Positions 1 through 13,045 of a stretch of 64,000 nt of DNA are shown in pieces. Location: the NCBI RefSeq assembly GCF_006345805.1, contig NC_043008.1, positions 70,990,001-71,054,000 of the forward strand, written 5' to 3'. The notes under the pieces were generated by a model, which worked only from the letters and a program-made list of their open reading frames with translations, was not told the origin of the DNA and ran no database searches. Source of the DNA: Octopus sinensis. Its lineage: Eukaryota. Positions within the stretch are counted from its first letter, which is position 1. Each line of letters starts with the position of its first letter. The translations under genes and the position numbers were made by a program.

Positions 1-202
<202 letters not shown>

Positions 203-847
203 GCCTGTCTTTTTATCTCTATGAAACTAACAAACTTTTCGAATAATCTATCAATTTTTTAAAAAACAGGAAGCTATCTGTCTTGCTATCAAACGGTGTA
301 ATTTATATAATTTTTACTGAATTATTAACGTCTACTCACGTGCTATCATTTCGGCTGCTGGCTTTTCGTAACTAGAGTGTTACCTGTCGTATGACGAATA
401 TCTCTGGAAGCATACTTTTACCAGCATGTGTAATATCGGGAAATAATGGTATACATACTCGAATATTAATTTTCAAAAGAAAAATATTTATTACTTTGAA
501 ATATAACGTAATAAAATATCTTACTTTTTTATAATCGCAATAAACATATCTTCAAATATATGTAACTTTTCTAAACTTTATCAATATAAACTCAATCTAC
601 TCCATTGAAAACCTATCTCCACAAATTTCTTAATTTTCAGAAAGACATGAGATTTAAAATAGAGAGTGTCACCATACTGGAGTTCTCGTCTGTCTGTCTC
701 CTTCTTTCTCTCTCTCTAGTATGTGTACCCATGCAGAAACGCTCAAAAGAACTCTCAAAGTATGTCTTTTTTTTTCACTTTTCCCTTCCTCTTTCAACGA
801 TGTTAAGCATGGCTAGAGAAATCAATCTCTAACTTTTATTTCGGGCA

Positions 848-1030
848 AGGCGGCTAGCATGCAGAATAGTTAGCATGCCGGAAAAAATGCTTCGCGGCAT
901 TTCGTCAGTCATTGTGTTCTGAGATAAAATTTCTCTGAGGTCGACTTTACCTTTCATCTTTTTGGGCTTAATATAATAAGTTCCAGTTAAGCACTGGTGT
1001 CGATGTAAGTACTGGTCTTGTGCCTAAATT
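848..1030 (+). mobile_element. SINE family B copy, diverged
   Basis: Colinear with the near-intact copy at 58738-58969: aaggcggc..gcagaat.gttagca.gccgg, gaggtcgacttt.cctttcatc, aagt.ccagtt..gcactgg.gtcgatgtaa. Confidence 0.85.
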
Positions 1031-1094
1031 CTAAATCGATCTTCTATCGGCTGTTTTGAAACTGAGATTACCATGATGTAACACAATAACGTAA

Positions 1095-1520
1095 CTAGTC
1101 TATCGAGATTTTACTGATGAACTTCTAAGCAAACAATCGGATATGCTCCAAGATGCTGGATTGCCTTAGATTGTATGTACAAGACCGGAGCCACCAATGA
1201 GGCATTGGTGATCTGGTATGCTACAGAATATAACATGACAGTTCGATCACACCAATCTAGTGTGGTGATTTGTAAGTAGAAGGAATATAATACAAATAAT
1301 ATTAATACTTTGATCCTCACTTCTTTTTACAGAAACATAATCACTCCGAATGGAAAGAGAAATCCATCACAAGTAACATGTTGTCATGTTATATTGGGAA
1401 TTGATCATGTGTAGAAGATGGTGCGAGGCACATGTGACAATTCATTGAAATACGTCTTTACTAGATCTCATTGCAAGCAGGGGTGGTGCAGGCTTATTTG
1501 CTGACCGGAAGTGAGCCGAA
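1095..1520 (+). mobile_element. Heavily degraded RTE-like LINE remnant (AP endonuclease, possibly a piece of RT)
   Basis: Frameshifted translation gives FY-DEL..QTI..APR..IALD...KTG, YATEYNMTV and TPNGKRNP, resembling APE motifs FYxxL / GDxNAxxG / SPxGxxxNQID. A KQG-like RT motif lies near 1480. Confidence 0.4.
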
Positions 1521-2833
1521 GGAGTTGGTATTCGTTCATATAGTAAATACGTCATAACCCAGTTATCTATTAGCAGAGCATTATTAACATGAACGTGTAG
1601 TTTGACTCCCGAAGTGAAACGAATGGATTGATTGAATCTAATTTGAAACTGTCATTGCTCATGATATGTTTTTTATACTAGAAGAGTGCAAAGGGAGCAA
1701 GCGTGATATGCAATAAAGAAAACTGCTCGAGAAACAAGCGGAAAACCTGGAAACGAAGGTTTGATGTTTTGTTTATGCAGTATCTTATCTAATGCAGCCA
1801 TCTCACTATATCTATATCTAATATATATTTCAAAGAACGAGTTTTGCTAATATTGATGTAATAAATCATGTGAGGAAAATATTAGGCGTTCTGGATTAAG
1901 AACTTTCAAGAGAAATTTTCGAAAATGATATGACGAAATATTTGTCTGAGTATAGGTAATTGAGGTGTGTTAGAATGTAGAATATTTTCGTATACTGTTG
2001 TTCTTGTAACACTTCAACTTTGTTAGTATTCCACTAGATAATTTGGGGCCTACAAAGTCAGACACGTTTTTTATGTCACTGACTTCTAAAGGATTTCCGT
2101 GCTATAAGGAAATATCGTAAAAGGAATGTGTAACACTACATATTAATAAGCAAGTTTCACATGACTAAATAGTAATGTACTAAGATATGGCTCTACCAAT
2201 AAATAACTAAAATAATAGATTCCACTGAAATATAGCAAAACATAATCAACTAAATACATCAGCAAAATATATAATGCTAAATACGTATCAATACATCGTA
2301 TAAAGAAAGTATAAATCAAAGTTTCTGTTATGGATAGCTTTTAACATGTTGAAGTTATTAGCGTATATTTGATATATTCTTTCTGTTAACTTTTGCATTA
2401 AAACGTCAAAGCGTTGAATCACTTTAATGTCGAAACGATGAATATTTGTGGTCACCATCTGTAAAAGCTCCAGCTATAACGGGAGGGAAAGTAAATGTGG
2501 GAAAGGAAGATAATGTTGGGCAAGATATTAGTAATTTTATTGTGTTTTGATGCTGTCTTTTTTTCTTTTAATATTTTTGATGGTGTTGGTAATATATAAA
2601 TTGCTTCTGACACGACTGTTATAAGTCAGAATTTTTTTTCTGATTTCAATCTTTATTGGAATTTCAAGATTATTTATATTTTTTATATTTTTATGGAGCT
2701 GTTGGAGGTGTTGCCTTTTTTGGGTTGTTGATTTAAGAGAATTTTACAAGATTTGCAATGATGTGTAAACAGACGAATGGTTCTGAAATATAGTTCAACC
2801 TGACCCTAATGGAATACATAAGTTCTTATTCAG

Positions 2834-2887
2834 AATACAAACAGTCAAAACCAAACATATATATTCCAACCTGTCTCGTTATGCGCC
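2834..2887 (+). other. Candidate 54-nt internal exon of an unknown transcript
   Basis: ttcttattcag acceptor and GTAAGT donor, length divisible by 3, all three frames open. No homology recognised. Confidence 0.18.
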
Positions 2888-3216
2888 GTAAGTAAATATT
2901 TAGTATTTGGTAAAATGCTTTCAAAAATTTGTGTACGATTGTTTTATAGGGAACATAAAAAAAGCCAAATATTACAACACATGATCGCTTTTATTATAAG
3001 GTGGCCTAGATGTAACACATTAACAAATATGAATTGTGAAATGGAGGCTAGTGTGTTGTTGTAAACACTAGCGGATCTAGATTAGATTCTCATACATGAG
3101 TCATCCCATAAATAATGTGTTTTTTTCAATTCCATGGGGTAAAAGTCGGAGAGGGACTCGATAAATTAGCTGCATCAACTTGCTGTAAAAGCTGGCACTA
3201 AATTTCTCTTGGGCCT

Positions 3217-4252
3217 TATTATTAGTGCAGGTTTTGAAAGTGCCGTCCGATTTTAACAATTATATTTTCAAAGCTATAATGGAAGAAACAAAGGAGCATA
3301 TTGGGCATTTTTTTTATTCATGAGTTCAATAAAGGCAACAACGCAACGGAAAGTGCGAGGAATATTAATGCAGTATATAGGGAACGGACAGTAGACTAAG
3401 TCAGTGTCAACGGTGGTTCCTGAAATTCCGAGTCAGAAACTACTGCTTAGAAGATGAGCCACGTCCTGCAAGATCTGTGAAGCTCGATGAGGATACCCTG
3501 AAAACTCTGGTGGAACAAAATCCCATTGTAACTGTTGAGGAAACAGCAGAGAAGATTGGATTTAGTCATTCAACTATTCAGCGACATTTGCGTGCCATCG
3601 GAAAAGTCAAAAAATTGTGTCGATTAGAAAAGTCAACAATTTGGGTCATCACAAACATTTTGGGTCTATTCGCGTGCAGAGAGTGAATGTGTGCTTTTCT
3701 TTCCTGTCACGTCTCAAGAATGAACTTTATTTGGACCGAATAGTGACTGGTGGCGAGAAATAGATTCTCTATAAAAATGTCCAGTGCCGAAAACACTGGG
3801 TAGGGAAAGGAAAAACATGGACAAGTGAATTTTGGAAGAGGGGCCTTGCAAACGCCGAAGACAGTGGTATGGAAAGGAGAAACACCGTGCTCTAGGCTAA
3901 AGAAGGTCTCCCCTCATGTAAGGTATTGTTATCTGTTTGGGGAGAAATGAAAGGTTTAATTCACTTTGAATTTTGAAACCCAACCAAAACACTAATAAAG
4001 GGATCTACTGCAAGCAGCTTGAGCGGCTTAAGTCAGAACTAGAAGGAAAACGACTATCTTTGTTTTCAAGATGAAATATGTTCATCCATCAGGATGACAA
4101 TCGAAATGCTGGACAGTTTGAATGGAAAACGATGCCGCACCCACCATATTCCCCATTACACCATCTGATTATCATTTATTCTGCACTCTTCAGTATCATT
4201 TAGACGGAAACAATATGAATTCTGTAGACAAGGTAGAACAGAACTGGAAGAG

Positions 4253-4257
<5 letters not shown>
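3217..4257 (+). mobile_element. Mariner (D,D34D-type) transposon remnant with decayed transposase
   Basis: Translation across frameshifts: MEETKEHI..EFNKGNNATESARNI, WFLKFR...LEDEPRP..SVKLDED.LK.LVEQNP..TVEE, DRIVTGGEK, VLLSVW, HPPYSP..PSDYHLF. TIR-like left end; right end lost in (TA)n. Confidence 0.92.
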
Positions 4258-4317
<60 letters not shown>

Positions 4318-4318
<1 letters not shown>

Positions 4319-4680
4319 TGCTTGCACATGTTCAGTTCACTGCAGGGCGAATGCGTCAGTGTATTCTCTCCAGAAAACACGGTCAGATATTTTCCTCATC
4401 CATCAGCCATTTTTTGGTGCTAAAAATCTTAACGAAGTCTTCATTCCAATTCCTGCTGCATGGTATTCCACTCTTTCTTTTTATTGGGGTGGTGTCCAGT
4501 CTGTCAATTCGGTACTTAGTCCATTATCCTTTCTTGTACATAAGTTCAGCGAATGACCATTTCAGACTTTTTAGGCTTTTTATTTTCCAGAAAATATCCA
4601 TTAAACCTGTTGCCACTCTTACCTTGTTCTTTCACCCCTTCTCCATTTTCGTTAAAATTCAACATTCCCTTTGCAAGGTT
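4318..4680 (-). mobile_element. RTE-clade LINE 3' fragment
   Basis: Minus strand reads KIKSLKSLKWSFA...WTKYRID..TP.KRKSG.P..NW and WREYTDAFALQ, matching the RTE ORF C-terminus (KWxWAGH..W.P...KR..GRP..RW...W....EAFxLQW). Confidence 0.72.
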
Positions 4681-4922
4681 CTATTCCACAGTTTTAGCAC
4701 CTGTGGACTTCTATCTCTTCCCCACGATGAAAAGGCAGCTATAAGGTCACCATTTTAACACTGTTGTCGAAATCCAGAGTGAATTCTCGAGACTCTTTCT
4801 GAGAAAAAGTGACAGGAGCGCTGGGATCGGGGGATTGCTGCGCATGGGGACTATTTCGAAGAGGACGATGTTAAAACTTTCGTAAATAACTTATATTTTT
4901 TTTAAAAACACCTAGTCCTGGA
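4680..4922 (+). mobile_element. 3' end of a second, different mariner element
   Basis: YSTVLAPVDFYLFPTMKRQL*GHHF..VVEIQ...IAAHGDYFEED, the YSPDLAPxDFxLF and GDYFE motifs. Confidence 0.82.
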
Positions 4923-4976
4923 ACTATATGATATCATCTCGTTTATATATACACACACACGTGTGTGCGTATCTTT

Positions 4977-5185
<209 letters not shown>

Positions 5186-5560
5186 TACATACGTGTCCAA
5201 ATATAAGTATGTATGCATGTATTTCTATCTACATTTACATACATATATAGACATACATTTGTGTGAGTGCGTGTGTGTATGTGTGTCTGTGGTGTTACAA
5301 TCTGTATATAAATATGCGGATCTATAAGATACAACGAAACATTGCGGAAACACTTGAATGCCATTACCCAGCTTATGATAGGAGTGCAGTGACGGCCATC
5401 TGTATAATAAGTTAGTATTACCGTATATAGCCAGAAATATTCCTATTATTTCAATCTAATCATACAAAGATATAAACAAGTGGGCATCAAGTTAATCAAC
5501 GTCTCTGATCGGTCTCACATCCGCATAGCTCTTACATGCTTATCACTGTTTTACTAACAG

Positions 5561-5620
5561 CTGCACATGAAAACAACTTCAAATAACGTAGAAGGGGGAT
5601 CTAGTTACAGCAAAGCCATT
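5561..5620 (+). CDS. Candidate 60-nt phase-0 coding exon (LHMKTTSNNVEGGSSYSKAI), product unknown
   Basis: Acceptor ctgttttactaacag containing TACTAAC, donor GTAAGT at 5621, 20 codons, only one frame open. Not recognisably TE-derived. Confidence 0.3.
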
Positions 5621-6539
5621 GTAAGTACGAAATTGAATCAATCCCTTGCTAATATGCATATATGTATACATGTAAATAAGTACGTATGTTAGATATGCAC
5701 GTGTCTATGTATGTATGCATATGAGCTAAGAACATTCACTTTGACGAATGTGGAACATGGAATTCAATATATAAAACACTATGTAAGACCTCAGCGGTTT
5801 ACAGTTGTGATGTAATATCTTGGCTGCATGGAGTTCAAAGAGAGTATATCAAATTTAATGCAAACAAATGTGTGGGTATGTGTGAGTGTGTCTATCCGCG
5901 TGTATGTTCCCGTGTGGCTTTATGTGTGTTTGCGTATGTGCAAGTTTGCAAGCATAAATATGCTTACGAATCATGTGTGTATGTGTGTTTGTGTATGTGT
6001 GTGAGTGTGCGTATGCGCATGAGGACTGGGAATGTAAGAATAATTACAAAGTTTTGCGAAATGCAATATTTGAGGAAATATAACCGAGTATCCTTGGAAG
6101 TATTTATTTTTGCAGATAACAGCAAAAATCTCCAGGCGTTCACAATATATGACTATTATATAACAAAAAGCAGTAATATTAATGACGCAAGCGAATAGGG
6201 TTTGTCAACAAATATACCCTTCCCAAGGGATCTAACATAATACTCGCTCAAAGAAAACCACCTCACAATTAATGTGTCAGCAATACCAAACAATTTTCCT
6301 GATCTTTTTGATAAGACTTTCATAAGCAATAAAAACAGAATATGTGAGTATAGATACATATGTGTATAAATGCATAGGTACGTATATATACATACGTATG
6401 TGTGTATGTATGTATATATCTATTTATCTATCCCTCTATTTATCTCCACATGTATATATGTGTGTCTGTCTGTTCTGTAATCTGCCATGCATATATCTTC
6501 AATCATATATTCACACATGTAAGTCTCTCTCTCGTTCTC

Positions 6540-6580
<41 letters not shown>

Positions 6581-6584
6581 TATA

Positions 6585-6627
<43 letters not shown>

Positions 6628-6703
6628 CATATATATGTATGTATACTTACACACACACACACACACATATATATATATCTACATATATATAAATATATAT
6701 ATT

Positions 6704-6911
6704 TTTATTATATAGAAGGAGCTTCTACGGACTAGTACTGTTTCATTCAGAGAAATCTTCAGGAAGCTCTTCAGGGCTTCCTGAAGATTTCTCTTGAATG
6801 AAACAGTACTAGTCCTGTAGAAGCTCCTTCTATATAATAAATTAATTTTACTCTGCTATGTATTGAGTACCTTACTTACTGTGGTTAACCCCGAATCAAC
6901 CCGGGACCTAC

Positions 6912-6915
<4 letters not shown>
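6704..6915 (+). mobile_element. Penelope-like pseudo-LTR fragment with inverted partial duplication
   Basis: Near-perfect palindrome 6704-6841 (loop 6768-6775) containing a hammerhead core, followed by about 75 nt of unique tail. Inverted pLTRs carrying hammerheads are known Penelope features. Confidence 0.6.
6776..6824 (+). ncRNA. Minimal type I hammerhead ribozyme motif
   Basis: Stem I GCTTC/GAAGC; core CTGAAGA; stem II TTC-tctt-GAA with a U.U closing pair; GAAA; stem III ACAG/CTGT with palindromic ACTAGT in the loop; GUA cleavage triplet at 6817-6819. Confidence 0.6.
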
Positions 6916-6949
<34 letters not shown>

Positions 6950-7042
6950 GAATATATATACACACATATATATATATATATATAAATATACACACATATA
7001 TGTATATATTTATATATATATACTTATGCATATATATACTGG

Positions 7043-7140
7043 GAGGCGCGTGGCTAATCAGTTATGGTATTTCACGCACGATCATAAAATTGTGATTTCG
7101 ATTCCTGGAACGGGCGATGTGTTGTGTTCTATTTCTCGAT
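7043..7140 (+). mobile_element. tRNA-derived SINE head (family C-like), truncated
   Basis: A-box-like ggcgcgtggctaatcagtt and B-box-like gatttcgattcc followed by ggcg..gttgtg, similar to 24586 onward. Confidence 0.55.
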
Positions 7141-7509
7141 GATCCAATACATTGATCCAATTATTACATACACACACAAACACACACACCCTCAACCCCC
7201 ACACAAACACACACACTGGCTGTTAAAACACCTGAAAGTCATACACAAGTGAGGCGACTCACACCTAATCTCGTTCAAGATTGATGAATAATGATATTTC
7301 GCCATTTTTGTAGCTTCTCAACATCACGTGCCTGGATCGAAACGTGGGCGAACTGAATCGCCAGTTTATGAATATATACAAAGAGTGTAAATTCCGTTCG
7401 CTTTTATGCAATACGTAGGTGTAAATTGAATTACGCATTAGAGGCTGCGCTAGCGTTGTAAATATTATCCACCGCACATAACGTATGTGTTTTGCTTGTT
7501 CACCGGTAC

Positions 7510-8440
7510 GCAGCACCAGGTGTAACAGGAGTTGGGTCCTGGATCAATCAGAAAGTCCTTATGAGTTTCAATACTTTTCGGTTTAACTTAGCAGGCTCCT
7601 TTCTGAACGGTGTTCCACAAACATCTTCCAACAAATTATCCTTGCGCATTATTATGTCATCTGTTCTTTTTGAGCCAGCTTCGTGCATTCCTTCACAGTA
7701 TGCCATGCAGTTTCATTTTTATCACCGCAACATGCATCTGTCTCTTTCTGCTGTATTCTCTATTATGCATTTGATATAACTTGCCCTACCTGCTTCTCTT
7801 TGCGCAGCACAGACAAGCGCTTCTGTATCGTTAGCCAGTGCCTCCTTCCACTGCTCTTTGTATCCTGCTTACCTCTCGTGCATAGTGCCCGTACATTTCT
7901 CTCCATTCCGATTTTCTTCATCTTCCTTACTTTTCTTTTTTTCCTACTCATTCTTCATGTAAGAATCTGCCTGACTATACTAAATATTCTCACGAACTAG
8001 CAATGGCTCTGTGGCAAACTTGATATACCACACAGATTATTTTCTTCTGAGCATCTGCACCATTCAGAACTGAATAGCACTCTGCCACCTTAAATCCTTA
8101 TTAGATAAGGTCTGTCAGCATATTTTGGGTGAATTTTCTGTGCATTGTAAGTAGTTTCTCAATTTTTGGTCCAGTCATTGTGCTTCTCCTTTCCTCCGAT
8201 TGATAATACCTGCGACATATATCAATAATGAAATCGCCTATATATTGACTGCGTGATTTCTTCCATCCAGTGTTGAATACGACATCAACCAAAGATTTCG
8301 GAGTAAAGCTCTTCTCCATTTCTTCTTCCATTCTCTCATTCACCTCCAGTATGCCCAAGTGTTTGTACCTCGTATGATCAATCATTTTCATGTCTTCCTT
8401 TGATGAAGTCTTTTGACCTCCAATTTCCTAAAGAATGGCG
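7510..8440 (-). mobile_element. R4/Dong-clade LINE remnant (RT C-terminus to CCHC finger)
   Basis: Minus strand gives YKHLGILE, KLLTMH, MYGHYARE, DTEALVCAAQ, YIKCIIEN....RC..CGDKNETAWH.VKECTKLAQKE. Confidence 0.8.
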
Positions 8441-8442
8441 CA

Positions 8443-8461
8443 ATTATTATTATTATTGTTG

Positions 8462-8520
<59 letters not shown>
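8443..8520. repeat. (TAT)n microsatellite abutting the R4/Dong remnant
   Basis: Direct reading. Confidence 0.97.
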
Positions 8521-9795
8521 GTCTTGGCATAAAAGATGGGCTACTGAAAATATTCTATTCGCTAACCCAGACATGCCCGTTGTCAGCATGTCCCTTAGTA
8601 GCTAACGACATGTACATCCCTGTTCATTTAATTTCCCCCAAAATTGCTGCCCTTGTTCAAATATTTGAAACCAATATCAAAGCGTAGTGAAGAAGCAGAC
8701 TTAGTAGAACGCCGTAAATAAAATTACTGTATTTTATGTCCCTTCCTTTAATAATACCAATATACATTTCCAAGAAGAGATATTTGCATTTCATCTTCCT
8801 CTTGTCGAGAAAATAATTACAATTCAATATATGAAAACAACTCGAGCTCAAAGTATTGTTTGTTCAATACATATGAAGTTTGTCTTGATCTAATTCTCTG
8901 TGACATCTCAGTTCAGAAGAAATTTCCATAAGTGTGGAGTCCTACGGTGATAGTTTGATATGAGGTAAGGACGAATCGTTAAGGTATTTTAGGGAGCACA
9001 ATCGTACCTAATTTCAGGATAAGCGGGGCACAGAAATAATACAGTATACTTATGTCTTACTACTTTCTTGACACAAACATTGATAAGTCGGGCAACATTT
9101 TTGATTTGTATAGTGGCTGTAACTTCACTGAATATCATATTAGACTCTCTATAAGAAATAACATAGCAACATAACAGCAACGTGCTAATAATCATTATTC
9201 ATTTCTATTTGGTAGTTGTGCTAAAATTAAATAATACAATATATTTTATAATCTTAAGGCATTAATATATGAAACTGAGAAGAAAAAATTATTGTTTCTA
9301 AAATGTTAAGTTTGTAATTTTTACTCAACAGCTCTTGTATAAAGTTATATTTTGCTTTTTGCTATTATTTATTGCCGAGTTAAAATATCAACCTCTTCAA
9401 CTTGGAACCAATTATATAATACGCTTATTAAAACACACTTGCTTATTTGATTTCGATCCATTGACCAGATTTAATGATCAGTATTGAATAGATATGTCGA
9501 CTTTTAAACTGATAACACACTTCGAGATCGGATGTCTAGAAGAGATGGCATCAAATTTGACATGTCAACTCTAAAGAATTCATGGTTGACAAAGATCATA
9601 AACTACATGGAAATGAAATCTAGCTATAAGCATGCATATGCATATGTATATGTGTGTGTACACATAAGCATTTTAAAATATAAGTATATGTATGTAAATG
9701 TGTGTTACATATTTATCTATGTTGGTATGCACATGTGTACATACACAAATGCATGCACATACACGAACGCGCACACACACATATGTATGTCTGTA

Positions 9796-9857
<62 letters not shown>

Positions 9858-9869
9858 GTGTGTGTATAT

Positions 9870-9928
<59 letters not shown>

Positions 9929-11085
9929 ATATATCTATATATATATATATATATATGTAGTAAAAAGAAAACTGAGGAGATACAAAAATGACATATATCA
10001 ACCGTTAGATATTCTAATATATCTATTTATTCTAAAATAAAAGGCAGTATTATAAGAATACATGCAAAGATTGTGTGCTGCACAGTTTTTGCTACAAATG
10101 CATACTAGTAATACGTAAAAGAGTTAATACGTAATACGTAAAAGAGTTAAAGATTAAAAGATCAGTTCCTTACAGCCGTTTCTGGCAAGAGGCCACGATA
10201 TCCTCCATGCTAGCTCCATCTATGCAATATTCTGTAAGGATGCGTAGTTAGTGTTTGGCTGTTGAGTGTGCCTCTAGGCTTCATCAGAGTGTTCTAAATG
10301 TTTAGAAGAACCGATACATACAAGATTCAGTTACTAATAGGTACAATATTTTTTTTTATTGAAGAGGGCATGACAAGAATAGGATCCAGACTTAGAGTGT
10401 GAGAGAAGTAAAATTTAGTAAAATGGATTCGGTATAGGAAAGAGAAATAAGTCATAGACTTCAAGTGTTGCCTTTCAAGATTCATGTTATTTTGTCCAGT
10501 GTTGGATAGGTAGTTATATTCGTTCCTGAGTTTTTCAGGAAGGGTAAGTTTGGGTAGTGGTACTTATTTTGGTTACATATAAATACACGTTATGTTTGTG
10601 TTTACAGTGGTGGATTTGAAACACACACACACACACACTCACACACGTACATAGGATGTCAGTTGGTACTAAAGAGAGTATGACACCCTTTTATTTCGGA
10701 ATAAATAGACATAATAGAATGTCTACCGTCTGATGTATGTCAATTTTGTATCCACTCCATTTTCTTTTTGCCATATAAATTAAGGGTAAACCACTTTTCA
10801 CCTCCGCCTATATATGACACTCGATTGCAAAATTGCCACGCAAGGACCAATACATGGGTATTAATAATTGGGCACACTACCAGCGGAATATTGAATAGGT
10901 TCTATCCCTTAGTTGGCTTCCCAACCGCTAGCTCTCACGGAAATATACACATACACACACACACACATATATATATATGTATGTATATATATATATTATA
11001 TATATATATGTATTATATATATATATATACATATATATATATGTGTGTGTGTGTGTATCTCTATCTATCTATCTATCTATCTACC

Positions 11086-11133
<48 letters not shown>

Positions 11134-11455
11134 CCACATGCGTGGATAATAACAATCTAAACTGATCGGTACATAGGTAATCATTTTTATTTCGTATATT
11201 TTCATATGTCTTGCTTATTTTTAATGCTTTCGTTCGTGCTGGATTTTTATTTGAGAACATATTCTTTGTGGAAAATAGCGATTTGACGTCTATATCTAGC
11301 ATGTTGACCGTCCGCTTTTAGTGGTCAGTCCTTTAAATTTTGTATGTAAAAATATTTTAATCTTCGGATTTTTGTAATATGCTAGGCCACTGGTTTTAAT
11401 TGATTAATATCAATTTCTACCCTTATTAAATTATATATATATTTATACATAATAC

Positions 11456-11539
<84 letters not shown>

Positions 11540-12232
11540 TATCTGTGTGCGAATGTACATTTGTACAAGTTTAGCGACAGGAAAGAGAGAGAAGCGTGGA
11601 CAAAGCGACAAATATATAGATGGACACACATTCATATATAACATAAAAGAGAGAAAGAGAAAGTGTGTGTGTCCATGCGTTTGATGAAGAGTGGAACAAT
11701 AATGCAATGAAAGTTAAATTTTTAACTAATGGAATATATTCTTGTGTTTGTGTCCATTCCTATGTATGCATACGCACATACATATGCACAAAAAGAGGTA
11801 CAGAGAGGCCGACGGACAGACAGTTAGATATGTTGGGTTTATCTTTCGTGTGTACATCCTCGATAAATATATTGACAGAGAAAGTATAGTTCATGTTAAA
11901 CTCACAATGGCAGACTGGTTACATACGCATCCTAAAACCCTCCTCATTGACTAATTTGAAATCATCTACAAAGTAAACTAAAAATGTGTTTGTTTACAAT
12001 CATATGCTTATCGCATGCTTTCTCTTATCTCCATTGTATTCTGACCAATAATTCTCAGAGATTATGGATTATCGCTACCTCAACTAAAATCCGACCCACT
12101 TTCACATCTGTCTTCTATGTTATCGAGTAACAGCCAAGCTTTTGAATTAAATATTTATTTGATCAAACTTTACATGTATTCTTTTCCACATTACAGTTGA
12201 TATATGTGTCCGTATACATATTTGTAAGCATG

Positions 12233-13045
12233 TTACGCAAAAATGAAAATAACACTGACATCTCATTTTAATAGATATATTTAATATAATTTCATAACTA
12301 TATCTTGAAATACTAAATTTATTCAATAAAATCGCCATTGGCTTCAACTGCAGCTTCCAGACGACTTTTGAATCTCCTGCAACTCTTCTGGACGGTCTCT
12401 TTGTTTAAGTTGGTGAATGTTGCAATCATTACAAGGAGTGTTGCTGGTCTCTCGCTCAACTGCGCCCCGCACCTAATAATCAAAGGGTTGCAGTCTGGGG
12501 AGATAGGTGGCCAGATGTTAGGGTAATATGGTCGCAGAAATTGTCTGACAGCTATGATTGGGTTCTGCTGCTGGTGTGGCATGGTGCAGAGTCCTGTTGC
12601 CAGACATGTTGTCTTCCAGCAGCCACTCTCTTGACCCAGAGCAGCACTCCCCCATCCATGCACTTGATGTAGGCCTCCGTGTTGAATCCGAGGCCGATGA
12701 ATAATGGCATAACGTCGCCACCATTAGTCATCATTGCAAACACTATGATCTTGACAGGATGTTTGATTTTTATCACTCTGAGTACGTCTGCAGATTGTAC
12801 TGTCTTCAGATTGATATCCAAACACTCTGAATTGTTCGTATTGGACATTCCGGCGGGAATGACATGCAGTACAGCATGTGATTTTCGAATTTTTGGCAGA
12901 GTGAATTGTATCGTGGTGCTGTTTTTCTCACAGACGGTGCCTAACTGACCCTACTATACTGTCTTGTTGACAAAATCAAAACCAAACAATATGCAAGCGA
13001 GAAATAAGAAATACAAAATGGCAACAATTTATACATCGCACACTG
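12233..13045 (-). mobile_element. Internally deleted DD37D (maT) Tc1/mariner element
   Basis: VWQQDSAPCH...WPPISPDCNPL motif with about 37 residues between the second and third Asp. TIR cagtgtgcgatgtataaattgttgcc next to TA at 13046-13047; the other TIR is missing. Confidence 0.88.

Noticed and set aside
1130-1372. Apparent exon-intron-exon structure with a 61-nt GTAAGT...tttttacag intron (1272-1332)
   Set aside because: Splicing creates an immediate TAA, and both sides translate to AP-endonuclease-like motifs, so a decayed LINE is the simpler reading.
1503-1513. ETS-like ACCGGAAGTG motif (also near 49663) as a promoter signal
   Set aside because: Isolated short motif with no CpG island or TSS evidence; the first lies in probable LINE debris.
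8912-8964. Exon-like segment with GAG/GTAAGG donor
   Set aside because: Stop codons in all three frames and no other support.
10912-10931. Short hairpin followed by CTAG resembling a Helitron 3' end
   Set aside because: Only a 5-bp stem, with no matching 5' TC end or second copy identified.
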